This document shows, piece after piece, positions 39,893 to 50,458 of a stretch of 64,000 nucleotides of DNA. This DNA is from an uncultured Alphaproteobacteria bacterium (GTDB lineage: Bacteria; Pseudomonadota; Alphaproteobacteria; Rhizobiales; Xanthobacteraceae). How positions within the stretch are numbered: position 1 is the first letter of the stretch; each line of letters opens with the position of its first letter. The stretch lies in the NCBI GenBank assembly GCA_963792635.1, contig CAWBWX010000007.1, positions 3,975 through 67,974 of the forward strand, read 5' to 3'. Under the pieces are notes generated by a model. The model saw nothing but the letters and a program-made list of their open reading frames with translations, searched no databases and was not told the origin of the DNA. Both the position numbers and the translations under genes were made by a program.

Positions 39893-40901
39893 TTAGTGGT
39901 GGTAGCTATCGCCCTCGCGCACCTTGCCGCGGAAGATCCAATAGACGAAGGCGACGTAGCCAAGCACGATCGGCAGCAGGAACAACGTGCCGATCAGCAT
40001 GAAGATCTGGCTCGCCGGCACCGCCGCGGTCTGCCAAATGGTGAGGGTCGGCGGCACCAGATACGGGAAGATCGAGATCACCAGCCCGAGGTAGCCGAGC
40101 AGGAATAGCGCGATCACGGCGAAGAACGGCAGCACCGTGCGCCCGGTTTCGAGCCAGCGCCAGGCGCCGAGCGCGACCGCGAGCGTCACCAGCGGCACCG
40201 GCCATAGGAAATAGATGTTGGGGGTCGAGAACCAGCGCATGGCGATGCGCTCGAATTGCAGCGGCGTCCACAGGCTGACGATCCCCATGAACACGAGCAC
40301 GGCCGCGAGCAGCCACTTTCCCTGGATGCGGGCGCGCTCGGTGATCGCGCCTTCGGTCTTTGCCACGAGCCAGGTGGCGCCGAGCAGCGCGTAGCCGGCG
40401 GCGACCCCGAGCGCGCACAGCAGCGCGAACGGCGTCGCCCAATCGAAGGTGCCGCCGGCGAACTGCGTTGTCCTGCACCTTGATGCCCTGGATCAGCCCG
40501 CCGAGGATCACGCCCTGCGACAGCGCCGCGACGATGGACCCGCCGGCGAAGGCGACGTTCCAGTAGACCTTGCTGGTCTGCGCCACGTGGCGGAACTCGA
40601 AGGCGACGCCGCGGAACACCAGTGCCAGCAGCATGGCGATCACCGGCAGATAGAACGCCGGCATGATGATCGCGTAGGCGAGGGGAAAGGCGACAAGCAG
40701 TCCGGCGCCGCCGAGCACGAGCCAGGTCTCGTTGCCGTCCCAGAACGGCGCGATCGACGCCACCATCTGGTCGCGCTCGCGCTCGGATTTGGCGAACGGG
40801 AATAGGATCCCGATGCCGAGGTCGAAGCCGTCGAGGATCACGTACATGGCGACGGCGGTGCCGATCAGCCCCGCCCAGATTAGCGGAAGATACCATTCCA
40901 T
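39893..40901 (-). pseudogene. cydB: Cytochrome bd-type ubiquinol oxidase subunit II; 1 frame break (~40465)
   Basis: MEWYLPLIWAGLIGTAVAMYVILDGFDLGIGILFPF...FWDGNETWLVLGG. C-terminus FVYWIFRGKVREGDSYHH. Confidence 0.85.
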
Positions 40902-40906
40902 GGCCG

Positions 40907-42310
40907 CTACTCCTTCGCCCTGAGCGCCGGCGCGCTCCGGCATCGATGCGCCGCCGACAGCGGCGAGCAGCGTCGGCGCCTTGTCGGATGTCGGGGATCG
41001 GCACCGGCCCCTTCGCGATGAGCCGGTTCATGTAGTAGATGCCAGCGGAGAACACGATGCCGTAGACCACGATGAACAGCGCCAGCGTGGTGGCGATGCT
41101 GGCGCCGAGCACCGGCGAGGTGGCGTCGACTGTGCGCAGGATGCCGGTGGCGACCCACGGCTGGCGCCCGGTCTCGGTCACCACCCAGCCGGCGATCACC
41201 GCGACGAAGCCGATCCACCAACGTCTGCGCCATGACGCGCAGGAACCAGCGCGTCTCGAACAACCGGCCGCTCCACCACAACAGCGCGCCGAAGAGCGCC
41301 GCGCGCGATCATGAAGAAGCCGATCGCCAGCATGATGCGGAAGGCGAAGAACACCGGCAGCACCGGCGGCCGTTCGGACGGCGGCACGCTCTTCAGGCCG
41401 GGAAACAGCCCGTTCGGGATCGTGGGTGAGGATGAGCGACGAGCCGCGCGGGATGGAGATCTCGAAGCGGTTGCGTCTCGTTCTTCTCGTCCGGCCAGGC
41501 GAAGATGTGGAAGTCGCCGGGCTTGGACCCGTCCCAGTGGCCTTCCATGGCGGCGACCTTGATCGGCTGGTGCTTGAGCGTGTTGAGGCCGTGCAGGTCG
41601 CCGATGAGAAGCTGCAGCGGCGCGACGATGGCGGCGAAGCCCACCGCCATGCGCAGCATGGTTTTCGCCTCGTCGAGATGCTTGCCGGCGAGGAGATAGC
41701 GCGCGCCCACGGCGAACACCACGAAGCAGGTGGTGAGGAAGGCCGCGTTCACCATGTGGGCGAAGCGGTAGGGGAAGCTCGGGTTGAACACGACGGCGAG
41801 CCAGTCCACCGGGATCGCGATGCCGTTGCGCATCTCGTGGCCGGCAGGCGTGTGCATCCAGGAGTTCGCCGACAGAATCCAGAACGCCGAAATCATGGTG
41901 CCGACCGCGACCGCGATGCACGAGAAGGCGTGCAGCGCCGGCGGCACCCGGTTCCAGCCGAACAGCATGATGCCGAGGAAGGTCGCCTCGAGGAAGAACG
42001 CGGCCAGCACCTCGTAGCCGATGAGCGGCCCGAGCACGTTGCCGGTGACCACCGAGAAGCGGCTCCAGTTGGTGCCGAACTGGTAGGACAGCACGATGCC
42101 CGACACCACGCCCATGGCGAAGGACACCGCGAAGATCTTCGTCCAGAAGCGAGCCAGCCGGTGGAAGTGCTCGCGCCCGGTCTTCAGCCACAACACCTCG
42201 ACCGTGGCGATGTAGGCCGAGAGACCGATGGTGAAGCTCGGGAAGATGATGTGGAACGTGATGGTGAACGCGAACTGCAGGCGGGCGAGGAGGACGGGGT
42301 CGAGATCCAT
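40907..42310 (-). pseudogene. cydA: Cytochrome bd-type ubiquinol oxidase subunit I (short, about 468 codons, CioA-like length); about 5 frame breaks
   Basis: MDLDPVLLARLQFAFTITFHIIFPSFTIGL, GIMLFGWNRV, PIKVAAMEGHW, GWVVTETGRQPWV. Breaks at ~41470, 41415, 41290, 41215 and 40985. Confidence 0.85.
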
Positions 42311-42566
42311 GGGCGCCTCTTTCGCTCAGGTCGCGGAATGGGAAGAATTGCGGGTTCGGCGACCGTGTGCAATGTGCGCCGCCGCGCACCGTCGCGCCAA
42401 ATCAAATACCCCCCAGAAGGCGAAGTGTCCTCGCGCGATCAGCGTGTTGACGGGGCTGATCCCCGCGACGGCGGTGGAAAAGTGCAAAGAATTCGCGTCC
42501 CGCCGCGCACCCGGCAGCTATGCTCGCTTGCTGGGAATCGGCGCGCGTTTCGCGCGAGGGGGACTC

Positions 42567-43913
42567 ATGGCCAGGAAAGCGAAAGCTGCGCCCGCGGTGC
42601 GGGAATCCGGGTTCGCCAAGGCGCTCGACAACTACTTCGGCCTGAAGAAGGCCGGCACCGACGTGCGCACCGAGACCGTGGCCGGGCTCACCACGTTTCT
42701 CACCATGGCCTACATCATTTTCGTCAACCCGCAGATCCTCGCCAACGCCGGCATGGACAAGGGGGCGGTGTTCGTCGCCACCTGCCTCGCCTCGGCGATC
42801 TGCACGCTGATCATGGGGCTGTACGCTAACTATCCCATCGCGCTCGCGCCCGGCATGGGGCTCAACGCCTTCTTCGCCTTCACCATCGTGCTCAGCTACA
42901 GGTACACGTGGCAGCAGGCGCTCGCCGCCGTGTTCTGCTCGGGCGTTCTGTTCTTGTTTATCTCGCTGTTCAAGCTCCGCGAGTATGCGATCAATGCCAT
43001 CCCGCTGAACCTCAAGTTCGCGATCTCCGCCGGCGTCGGCCTGTTCCTCGGCATCATCGGGCTGGAGACGGCCGGCCTCGTGGTCGATCATCCAGTGACG
43101 CTGGTGACGCTCGGCAACCTCGCCAGCTGGCCGGCGGCGCTGGCGCTGTTCGGCTTTGTGCTCATCGTGGTGCTGAACGCACGCAACGTCACCGGCGGCA
43201 CGCTCATCGGCATTTTGGTGGTCGCCATCATCGGCATCCCGCTCGGGCTCGCGCAATACCAGGGCATCGTGTCGCTGCCGCCGTCGATCGCGCCCACGTT
43301 CCTCCAGCTCGATTTCTCGCGCACTTTCGAGCTTTCCTTCCTCATCGTGGTGCTGACGCTGTTGCTGGTGGACGTGTTCGACAACGCCGGCACCCTGATC
43401 GGCGTCACCCACCGCGCCGGGCTCCTCGACAAGAAGGGCCAGCTCCCGCGCATGCGCGAGGCGCTGATCTCCGACTCCTTCGCCGCCATGCTCGGCTCGC
43501 TGCTCGGCACCTCCACCACCACGAGCTACATCGAAAGCGCGGCGGGCGTGAACGCCGGCGGCCGCACGGGCCTCACCGCGGTCGTCGTCTCGATCCTGTT
43601 CCTGGTGGCGCTTTTGTTCTCGCCTCTCGCCAGCATGGTGCCGGCATACGCCACCGCGGCGGCGCTTCTCTACGTCGCCTGCGTCATGGCCCGCGGCATC
43701 GCCGAGATCACCTGGGACGACGTGACCGAGTACGCGCCGGCGGTGGTGACGGCGATCTCCATGCCGCTCACTTATTCGATCGCCACCGGCATCGGGCTCG
43801 GCTTCATCACCTACGCCGGCGCGAAGCTCCTCTCCGGCCGCTGGCAGGAGTGCCCGATCGCCGTCTACGTGCTGGCGGTATTGTTCGCCATCAAGTTCGC
43901 GGTGTCGGGTTGA
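42567..43913 (+). CDS. NCS2-family purine (adenine/guanine/hypoxanthine) permease
   Basis: Intact. LDNYFGLKKAGTDVRTETVAGLTTFLTMAYIIFVNPQIL, SYIESAAGVNAGGRTGLTA. Confidence 0.85.
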   Translation: MARKAKAAPAVRESGFAKALDNYFGLKKAGTDVRTETVAGLTTFLTMAYIIFVNPQILANAGMDKGAVFVATCLASAICTLIMGLYANYPIALAPGMGLNAFFAFTIVLSYRYTWQQALAAVFCSGVLFLFISLFKLREYAINAIPLNLKFAISAGVGLFLGIIGLETAGLVVDHPVTLVTLGNLASWPAALALFGFVLIVVLNARNVTGGTLIGILVVAIIGIPLGLAQYQGIVSLPPSIAPTFLQLDFSRTFELSFLIVVLTLLLVDVFDNAGTLIGVTHRAGLLDKKGQLPRMREALISDSFAAMLGSLLGTSTTTSYIESAAGVNAGGRTGLTAVVVSILFLVALLFSPLASMVPAYATAAALLYVACVMARGIAEITWDDVTEYAPAVVTAISMPLTYSIATGIGLGFITYAGAKLLSGRWQECPIAVYVLAVLFAIKFAVSG

Positions 43914-43916
43914 CGA

Positions 43917-45287
43917 TCAGGCGCCGACGAACAACCTGATCTCCTCGAACAGGCGCTCCGAAGCCGGATCGCCCTCGAGCGGGACGTGGTTCTTGCCGGG
44001 GAAGGCCACGAAGCGGGCGCCGGGAATGCCTGCGGCCATCTGACGGCCGGCCTTGATGGTGCAGGCCGCGTCGTCGCGCACGTGCAGGACCAGCGTCGGG
44101 ACGCGCACCTGCGGCAGAAGAGCGGTGACGTCGATCTCGCCGCTGGCCCGAAAGTAGCGGGCCGCGCATTCGGGCGAGGTGGTCCGCCGCTGCAGCTCGT
44201 TGAAAGAATCCGCCTGCTCCTTGGTGGCGCCGGGCACGAATTGCGAGGTGAATATCTGCCGAAAGGCGGCGTTCTCTCTGCCCCATCCGGTGCGTATCAG
44301 CGTTTCCATGGCCTTCAACGTCTCGCGGCCGGCGGAATCCGCCCGTTTCATGCCTCCGACCGCGAAACCGCCGAACAGGATCAGATGCGAAACGCGATCG
44401 GGGTGGCGCACGGCGTAAGCGATGGCAACGGCGCAGCCTTGCGACATGCCGAACAGCGGAAAGCGCTCGACGCCGACCGCGTCCACCACACTCTCGAGAT
44501 CGCCGACCCAGGCGTCGACCGATAGCTCGTCCACGTCCCAGTCCGAGAGTCCGGTGCCGCGCGCGTCGTAGCGGATCAGGGTGCGGCCGCTGGCGAGACC
44601 CATGAAAAAATGGCGGAGGACGGGGCTTTCCCAGTCGTATTCCAGGTGGTTCATCCAGTTCGCCGTCTTCACCAGCGGCGGTCCCTGGCCAGCGACGGCA
44701 TAGGCAATGCGCACCCCGTCGCGGGCGCGGCAGTAGCTGATCTTCTGCTTGATGTTGGCGGTGACGTGCTTTTCGGCGCCGCCCAACTCGAGTGCATAGA
44801 CTTCCACGGGCTTGGCGATGTTCTTCAGCGTCTGCGCGCCGAGCGCGCGGAAGCCGACCGTCGCCTTGCCGTCCACGAGATCGTGCACCTGGCGCGACAC
44901 CGACACGCCGCCGACCTCGGCGATCGCCTGCAGGCGGGCGGCGATGTTGACGCCGTCGCCGTAGATGTCGTCGCCGTCGATCACCACGTCGCCGAGGTGC
45001 ACGCCGATGCGGAACTGCATGTCGCGCCCATTGGATGTGGCGCGCGCGGCCATCGCGCGCTGGATCTCGGCGGCGCACTCCACCGCCTCCACGGCGCTGT
45101 CGAACTCGGCGAGCACGCCGTCGCCCATGAGCTTGACGATTCGGCCGCCGCGCCGCTCGATCGCCGGCGCCACGACTTCCGAGCGATGCGCCTGAAGCGC
45201 GGCGAGCGTGCCGGCCTCATCCTCGCTCATGAGGCGGCTGTAGCCGGCCACGTCGGCGGCGAGAATTGCGGCGAGCCGGCGGGCCAT
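43917..45287 (-). CDS. Class III adenylate/guanylate cyclase domain fused to an alpha/beta-hydrolase domain
   Basis: LAAILAADVAGYSRLM...KLMGDGVLAEF...RIGVHLGDVV...GDGVNIAARLQ, then GMSQGCAVAIAY (nucleophile elbow). The ATG overlaps the UDG stop (ATGA). Confidence 0.8.
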   Translation of the reverse strand: MARRLAAILAADVAGYSRLMSEDEAGTLAALQAHRSEVVAPAIERRGGRIVKLMGDGVLAEFDSAVEAVECAAEIQRAMAARATSNGRDMQFRIGVHLGDVVIDGDDIYGDGVNIAARLQAIAEVGGVSVSRQVHDLVDGKATVGFRALGAQTLKNIAKPVEVYALELGGAEKHVTANIKQKISYCRARDGVRIAYAVAGQGPPLVKTANWMNHLEYDWESPVLRHFFMGLASGRTLIRYDARGTGLSDWDVDELSVDAWVGDLESVVDAVGVERFPLFGMSQGCAVAIAYAVRHPDRVSHLILFGGFAVGGMKRADSAGRETLKAMETLIRTGWGRENAAFRQIFTSQFVPGATKEQADSFNELQRRTTSPECAARYFRASGEIDVTALLPQVRVPTLVLHVRDDAACTIKAGRQMAAGIPGARFVAFPGKNHVPLEGDPASERLFEEIRLFVGA

Positions 45288-46086
45288 CAGCGCGCTCCCT
45301 CGGCGAGAACTTTTTTGATCGCCAGGAAATCGTGCCACGCCTGGCGCTTGGCGAGCGGCGTGCGCAACAGATACGCCGGATGGAACGTGGGCATGGCGCG
45401 GATCGTGCGCTTGCCGGTCTCGAAATCATACCAGCGCCCGCGCACCCGCGTGATGCCGTCGCGCACGTTGAGCAGCGCCTGCGCCGACGGCCCGCCCAGG
45501 CACACCAGCACGTCCGGGTCGGCGAGCTCGATCTGCCGCGCGATGAAGGGGAGGCAGATCGCCGCCTCCTGCGGCGTCGGCGTGCGGTTGCCCGGCGGCC
45601 GCCACGGCACGATGTTGGCGATATAGACCGAGGTGCGGTCGAGGCCGATCGCCGCGATCATGCGGTCGAGCAGCTTGCCCGAGCGGCCGACGAACGGCAG
45701 GCCCTCGCGGTCCTCGTCGGCGCCCGGCGCCTCGCCGACGAACATCAGCCGAGCGCCGGGCGTGCCGTCGGCGAACACGAGGTTCTTGGCGGTGACTTTC
45801 AGCGCGCAGCCTTCGAAGCGCGCAAGCGCCGCGCGCAGCTCGTCGAGGGACTGCGCGGCGCTCGCCGCCGCGCGCGCCGCGATGACGGCGGCGTCAGGCG
45901 CCTGCGGCGCGGCGGCCGGTGGCGGCGTCGGTTCGACCGGCGGCGCGCGCCGGATTGCCGATGCCGGCCGCGCTACGCGACCTCGGCGAAGCGATCGACC
46001 GGCCGCTCCTCCAGCGCCACGTCCACGCCCGCCTCCACGTGGAAGGCGAGGATGTCGCGTGCGGCGCGATTGCGGTCGGAACTCAT
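45287..46086 (-). pseudogene. Family 4 uracil-DNA glycosylase; 1 frame break (~45975)
   Basis: LMFVGEAPGADEDREGLPFVGRSGKLLD, PWRPPGNRTPT, HPAYLLR. N-terminal piece MSSDRNRAARDILAFHVEAGVD lies in another frame. Confidence 0.8.
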
Positions 46087-46090
46087 GTGT

Positions 46091-46880
46091 TCAGCGGCCC
46101 AAGTATTTGTCGAAGAATTGCCGCGTCAATACCACGGCATCGGCGGCGGCCTTTGGATCGTGCCGCAGACGATGGCCCAGGTATACCCGATCCGGCCGCT
46201 GCGTATCGAAGCCGTGGGTGGCGCCGGGGTAGACCTTGAGTGCGGGTCGATGCGCGGTCGAAATCTGCGTACTTTCCGACGAAGTCCACGCATCGCTGCA
46301 CCGGCGTCCAGTCGTCGGCATCGCCGATCAGGATCTGCACGTCGGTCGCGAGCGGCGGCGAGATTTGCAGGCACCAGGGATAGAAGGCGACGATCGCCTT
46401 GAGCGGCGCCGTACCCGCGCGCATGGCGGCGTTGTCCGTGGCCGCGAACAACGCGCTCCAGCCGCCGTGGGAAAAGCCGATGGCGCCGACCCGGTTCGGA
46501 TCGATATCCGGGCGCTTGCGCAAGTAGGCGGCGGCGGCGAACGCGTCGCGGGCGCGCAGCATGGGTGGAAACTCTCGTCCCCGGCCGCAATTGATCGCGA
46601 CTCCGCGGGGGCGGAAGCTATCGACGACGAACGCGGCATAGCCCCAGCTTGCAAGCCATCGCGCCCAGATGCGGTAGTGCGGCGAAACTCCATCGCAGCC
46701 ATGCAGGACAATGACCGCAGGAAACGGTCCGCGGCCTCGCGGCAGGATCAACTCGCCCGTCCGGTCGCTGCGAAGCGCACCGACATTGGCGCCGCTGAAG
46801 GAGAGCGGCGCCTGCTGCGCCGTGGCGGCGCTGATCATGGAGGTGACTAGCGCTGCGGTCAGGGCAGTTCTGAACGTCAT
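46091..46880 (-). pseudogene. Secreted dienelactone hydrolase-family protein; 1 frame break (~46260)
   Basis: Signal peptide MTFRTALTAALVTSMISAATA. VVLHGCDG, GFSHGGW, GDADDWTP, YPGATHGFD. Confidence 0.75.
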
Positions 46881-46950
46881 GACGGCGCCCCGTAGAACGC
46901 TTTGCCGCGTAGTGAGGCGGACTGATACCATACGGCCGGTGCACGTCTGA

Positions 46951-48615
46951 ATGAGGTTCGTAATGGCCGACCTTCCGCCGCGCGAGAGCATGGAATTCGA
47001 CGTGGTCATCGTGGGCGCCGGACCCGCTGGGCTCGCCGCCGCGATCCGCTTGAAGCAGGTGCTGCCCGAATGCTCGGTCGTGGTGGTGGAGAAGGGCTCC
47101 GAGGTCGGCGCCCATATCCTCTCGGGCGCCGTCATCGACCCCATCGGCATCGATCGATTGCTGCCCGAATGGCGAAGCGATCCGAATAGCCCGATCAAGA
47201 CCCCGGTCACCGCCGACCGCTTCTATCTCATGGGTCCGGCCGGACGCCTGCGCATTCCGAACCTGCTCATGCCGCCGTTGATGTCGAACCACGGCAACTA
47301 CGTGGTGTCGCTCGCCAACGTCTGCCGCTGGCTTGCCAAGAACGCCGAGGCGCTCGGCGTGGAAATCTATCCCGGCTTCGCCGCCGGCGAGACGCTCTAC
47401 GACGACAACGGCGCCGTCGCCGGCGTCGCCACCGGCGACATGGGCATCGGCAAGGACCGCAAGCACAAGGACGCCTTCACCCGCGGCATGGAGCTGCACG
47501 GCAAGTACACGCTGTTCGCCGAGGGCGCGCGCGGCAACCTGTCGAAGGAGGTCATCAAGCGCTTCGCCCTCGACGCCGGCCGCGACCCGCAGAAATTCGG
47601 CATTGGGCTCAAGGAAATCTGGAAGGTGGCGCCGGACAAGCACCATCCCGGCCTCGTGCAGCACACCTTCGGCTGGCCGCTCGACAACGCCACCGGCGGC
47701 GGCTCGTTCCTCTACCATTTCGAGGACCAGCAGGTGGTGGTGGGCTTCGTGGTCCACCTCAATTACCAGAACCCGTATCTCTCGCCGTTCGACGAGTTCC
47801 AGCGCTTCAAGAACCACCCGACGATCCGGCCCACCTTCGAAGGCGGCAAGCGCCTCGCCTATGGCGCCCGCGCGCTCACCGAGGGCGGCTGGCAGTCGGT
47901 GCCCAAGCTCACTTTTCCAGGCGGAGCGCTGATCGGCTGCGCCGCCGGCTTCATGAACGTGCCGCGCATCAAGGGAAGCCACAACGCCATCCTCTCCGGC
48001 ATGCTCGCCGCCGAGAGCATCCGCGCCGCGCTCGCCGACGGCCGCAAGCACGACGAGCCGGCGTCTTATGAACAAGTGTGGCGTTCTTCCGCCATCGGCC
48101 GCGACTTGAAGCGCGTGCGCAATGCCAAGCCCCTGTGGTCCAAGCTCGGCACGCTGCTCGGCATCGGGCTCGGCGCCTTCGACATGTGGACGAACACGTT
48201 CGGCTTCTCGCTGTTCGGCACGCTCCGCCACGGCAAGCCCGATTACGCCACGCTCAAGCCCGCCGCCGAATGCAAGCCGATCCCGTATCCCAAGCCCGAC
48301 GGCGAGGTGTCATTCGACAAGCTCTCCTCGGTCTTCCTCTCCAACACCAACCACGAGGAAGACCAGCCGCCGCATTTGATCGTGCTCGATCCGGAGCTGC
48401 ATAAGCGAAGCGAGCACGACGTCTACGCCGGGCCGTCGCAGCGCTACTGCCCGGCGGCGGTGTACGAATGGGTCGAGGGGCCCGACGGGGTGCGCTACGT
48501 GATCAACGCGCAGAACTGCGTCCACTGCAAGACGTGCGACATCAAGGATCCCAACCAGAACATCGTCTGGGTGCCGCCGGAAGGCGGCGGCGGGCCGAAT
48601 TATCCGAACATGTGA
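46951..48615 (+). CDS. Electron-transfer flavoprotein:ubiquinone oxidoreductase
   Basis: Intact 554 aa. DVVIVGAGPAGLAAAIRL. C-terminal 4Fe-4S region YCPAAVYEW...NCVHCKTCDIKDP. Confidence 0.9.
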   Translation: MRFVMADLPPRESMEFDVVIVGAGPAGLAAAIRLKQVLPECSVVVVEKGSEVGAHILSGAVIDPIGIDRLLPEWRSDPNSPIKTPVTADRFYLMGPAGRLRIPNLLMPPLMSNHGNYVVSLANVCRWLAKNAEALGVEIYPGFAAGETLYDDNGAVAGVATGDMGIGKDRKHKDAFTRGMELHGKYTLFAEGARGNLSKEVIKRFALDAGRDPQKFGIGLKEIWKVAPDKHHPGLVQHTFGWPLDNATGGGSFLYHFEDQQVVVGFVVHLNYQNPYLSPFDEFQRFKNHPTIRPTFEGGKRLAYGARALTEGGWQSVPKLTFPGGALIGCAAGFMNVPRIKGSHNAILSGMLAAESIRAALADGRKHDEPASYEQVWRSSAIGRDLKRVRNAKPLWSKLGTLLGIGLGAFDMWTNTFGFSLFGTLRHGKPDYATLKPAAECKPIPYPKPDGEVSFDKLSSVFLSNTNHEEDQPPHLIVLDPELHKRSEHDVYAGPSQRYCPAAVYEWVEGPDGVRYVINAQNCVHCKTCDIKDPNQNIVWVPPEGGGGPNYPNM

Positions 48616-48695
48616 CGCTACTCGGCCGGGCGTGGAGGCAAGATGACGATCGTCAAGCGGGCTTGCCGCGACCGCCGGCGGGGATAGGCTAGGGC

Positions 48696-49118
48696 ATGTC
48701 GCTTTCCCCGGCCGCAAAAAAGTCGCTCGCCAAGTGGCACGACATGGTGGCGCGTCGCGACCTCGGCGACCTACCGGAGATAGTGGCCCAAGGCGCGATC
48801 TTTCGCTCGCCCATGGCGTATCCGGTCTATCCCGGCCGCGACCTCGTTTGTCTCGTGCTGCGCACGGCCATGACCGTGTTCGAGGATTTCGCCTATCACC
48901 GCGAATTTACATCGGGCGCCGGCGACGTAGTGCTCGAATTCTCCGCCCGCGTCGGCGACAAGCAGCTGAAGGGCGTCGATCTCATTCACTTCGACGAATC
49001 TGGCCTAATCATCGAGTTCGAGGTCATGGTGCGGCCGGCGAACGCGCTGGTGGCGCTTGGGCAAGCCATGGGAGCCCGGATCGGGCCCGTCGTGAGTGAA
49101 GCGAAGAGGAAGGGCTGA
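48696..49118 (+). CDS. NTF2/SnoaL-like small protein
   Basis: Intact 140 aa. The pattern KWHDMVARRDLGDL...FRSPMAY...VLEFSARVGDKQLKGVDLIHFDE is typical of the fold. Confidence 0.5.
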   Translation: MSLSPAAKKSLAKWHDMVARRDLGDLPEIVAQGAIFRSPMAYPVYPGRDLVCLVLRTAMTVFEDFAYHREFTSGAGDVVLEFSARVGDKQLKGVDLIHFDESGLIIEFEVMVRPANALVALGQAMGARIGPVVSEAKRKG

Positions 49119-49193
49119 CGCAGCGCGCTGGATCAACGGAACCCTTGCTCCTTCCGGGCGTTGGGCTTCGACCCTCCGGCAGGAATCGTACCT

Positions 49194-49559
49194 ATGACCT
49201 GGTTCTCCGAACGACCCACGTCGCCCACCCAACGGGCGACCAACGTGCTTTCTGAAATCGTAGAGTTGATCGGCAAGGCCGCCCGACCGGCGGAGCACGG
49301 CTCGCAAGCGCTGTGGTCGCGGGCTGGCGAGGTCGCGAAGGACGTGCGCTCGCGTGCCGGCGCGGTGGCCCACGAGCTCGTGCCCTACGGCCGCGCCGGA
49401 AGCGATTTCGCCCGTCGTCACGGCGTGACGCTGGGTGCCATCGGTGGCGCCGTAGCCATCGGCGTCATCGCCTACTACTTCCTGCGCGCGACCGATCGTG
49501 CGCCGCGCCGCAACCCGCAGCACAATCCGTCACTGGCGCGGCATTTTCCACGCGCCTGA
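49194..49559 (+). CDS. Hypothetical protein with a C-terminal TM segment
   Basis: ORF with GAIGGAVAIGVIAYYFL. No family recognised. Confidence 0.35.
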   Translation: MTWFSERPTSPTQRATNVLSEIVELIGKAARPAEHGSQALWSRAGEVAKDVRSRAGAVAHELVPYGRAGSDFARRHGVTLGAIGGAVAIGVIAYYFLRATDRAPRRNPQHNPSLARHFPRA

Positions 49560-49751
49560 AAGCCACTGCTCGGTCGAAGATCCAAATCTGCATGCGTAGC
49601 GCCCATGCTGGGTGACCACCGCGCCCTTGATCGGCCGCAGCAATCCAAGCGCAGCACGGCCGTAACAGGTAGATCGTGCAGGCGCTGCAGCATCAAACGG
49701 CTAACTGACCCCTCACCCAAACGCAGCATTGCGTCGGAATAGGAGACGGAT

Positions 49752-50279
49752 TCAGTCCCTGATCTTGCGGCTTGCTTCGAAGAGGAACCAGTTGCGGCGC
49801 TCCGCGCCGTCGATGAAGTTCTCTAGCAGGCTGGCGGTGGCGATATCGTCGTTGTCGTCGGCGACCTTGTGCGCTTTGCGCATCGCCGCCATCACCGTCT
49901 TGTTGTCCTCCATCAGCTCGCGCAGCATGTCGCGCGGCGCCACGTACTTCTCGTTGTTGTCCTCGATGCGCTGCAGCCGCGCTACGTCGCCGATGGAGCG
50001 TAGCGTCATGCCGCCGATCTTGCGCACCCGCTCGGCGAGCTCGTCGGTGGTGGCGAGGATCTGGTCGGCGTGCTCGTCGAGCAACAGGTGATAGTCGCGG
50101 AAGTGCGGCCCGCTCACGTGCCAGTGGAAGTTCTTGACCTTGAGATACAAGGCGAAGGCATCGGCAAGCAGGGGATTGAGCGCCGCCGAGACCTCGCGCA
50201 CCGCCTTGTCGGAAAGGTCGGTGGGGGTGTCGAGCGGCGGCGGGGCTTTGCGGGCGAGCGCGAGCGATTTGACGGCCAT
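49752..50279 (-). CDS. dps: Dps (DNA starvation/stationary-phase protection protein)
   Basis: LADAFALYLKVKNFHWHVSGPHFRDYHLLLDEHADQI...ERVRKIGG. Confidence 0.9.
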   Translation of the reverse strand: MAVKSLALARKAPPPLDTPTDLSDKAVREVSAALNPLLADAFALYLKVKNFHWHVSGPHFRDYHLLLDEHADQILATTDELAERVRKIGGMTLRSIGDVARLQRIEDNNEKYVAPRDMLRELMEDNKTVMAAMRKAHKVADDNDDIATASLLENFIDGAERRNWFLFEASRKIRD

Positions 50280-50458
50280 CGGGTTTCTCCTTCGCTTCGG
50301 CATTTAACAAACCTAACGCAAAGCCGTTCCCGGAGATATTTCCGGCTTTCCGTAATCACGAGTATCGCACGTAAATTTCATCCCCACATGCATTGCTTCC
50401 CTTTCGCCGCGTGGGAGGATTGCTTGCGCCAGCCCACGCCCGCCGCAGGAGCTACGCG

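Noticed and set aside
42311-42566. FNR/FixK box upstream of cydA (TTGACGGGGCTGATC)
   Set aside because: The second half-site does not match ATCAA, so this is not a TTGAT-N4-ATCAA palindrome.
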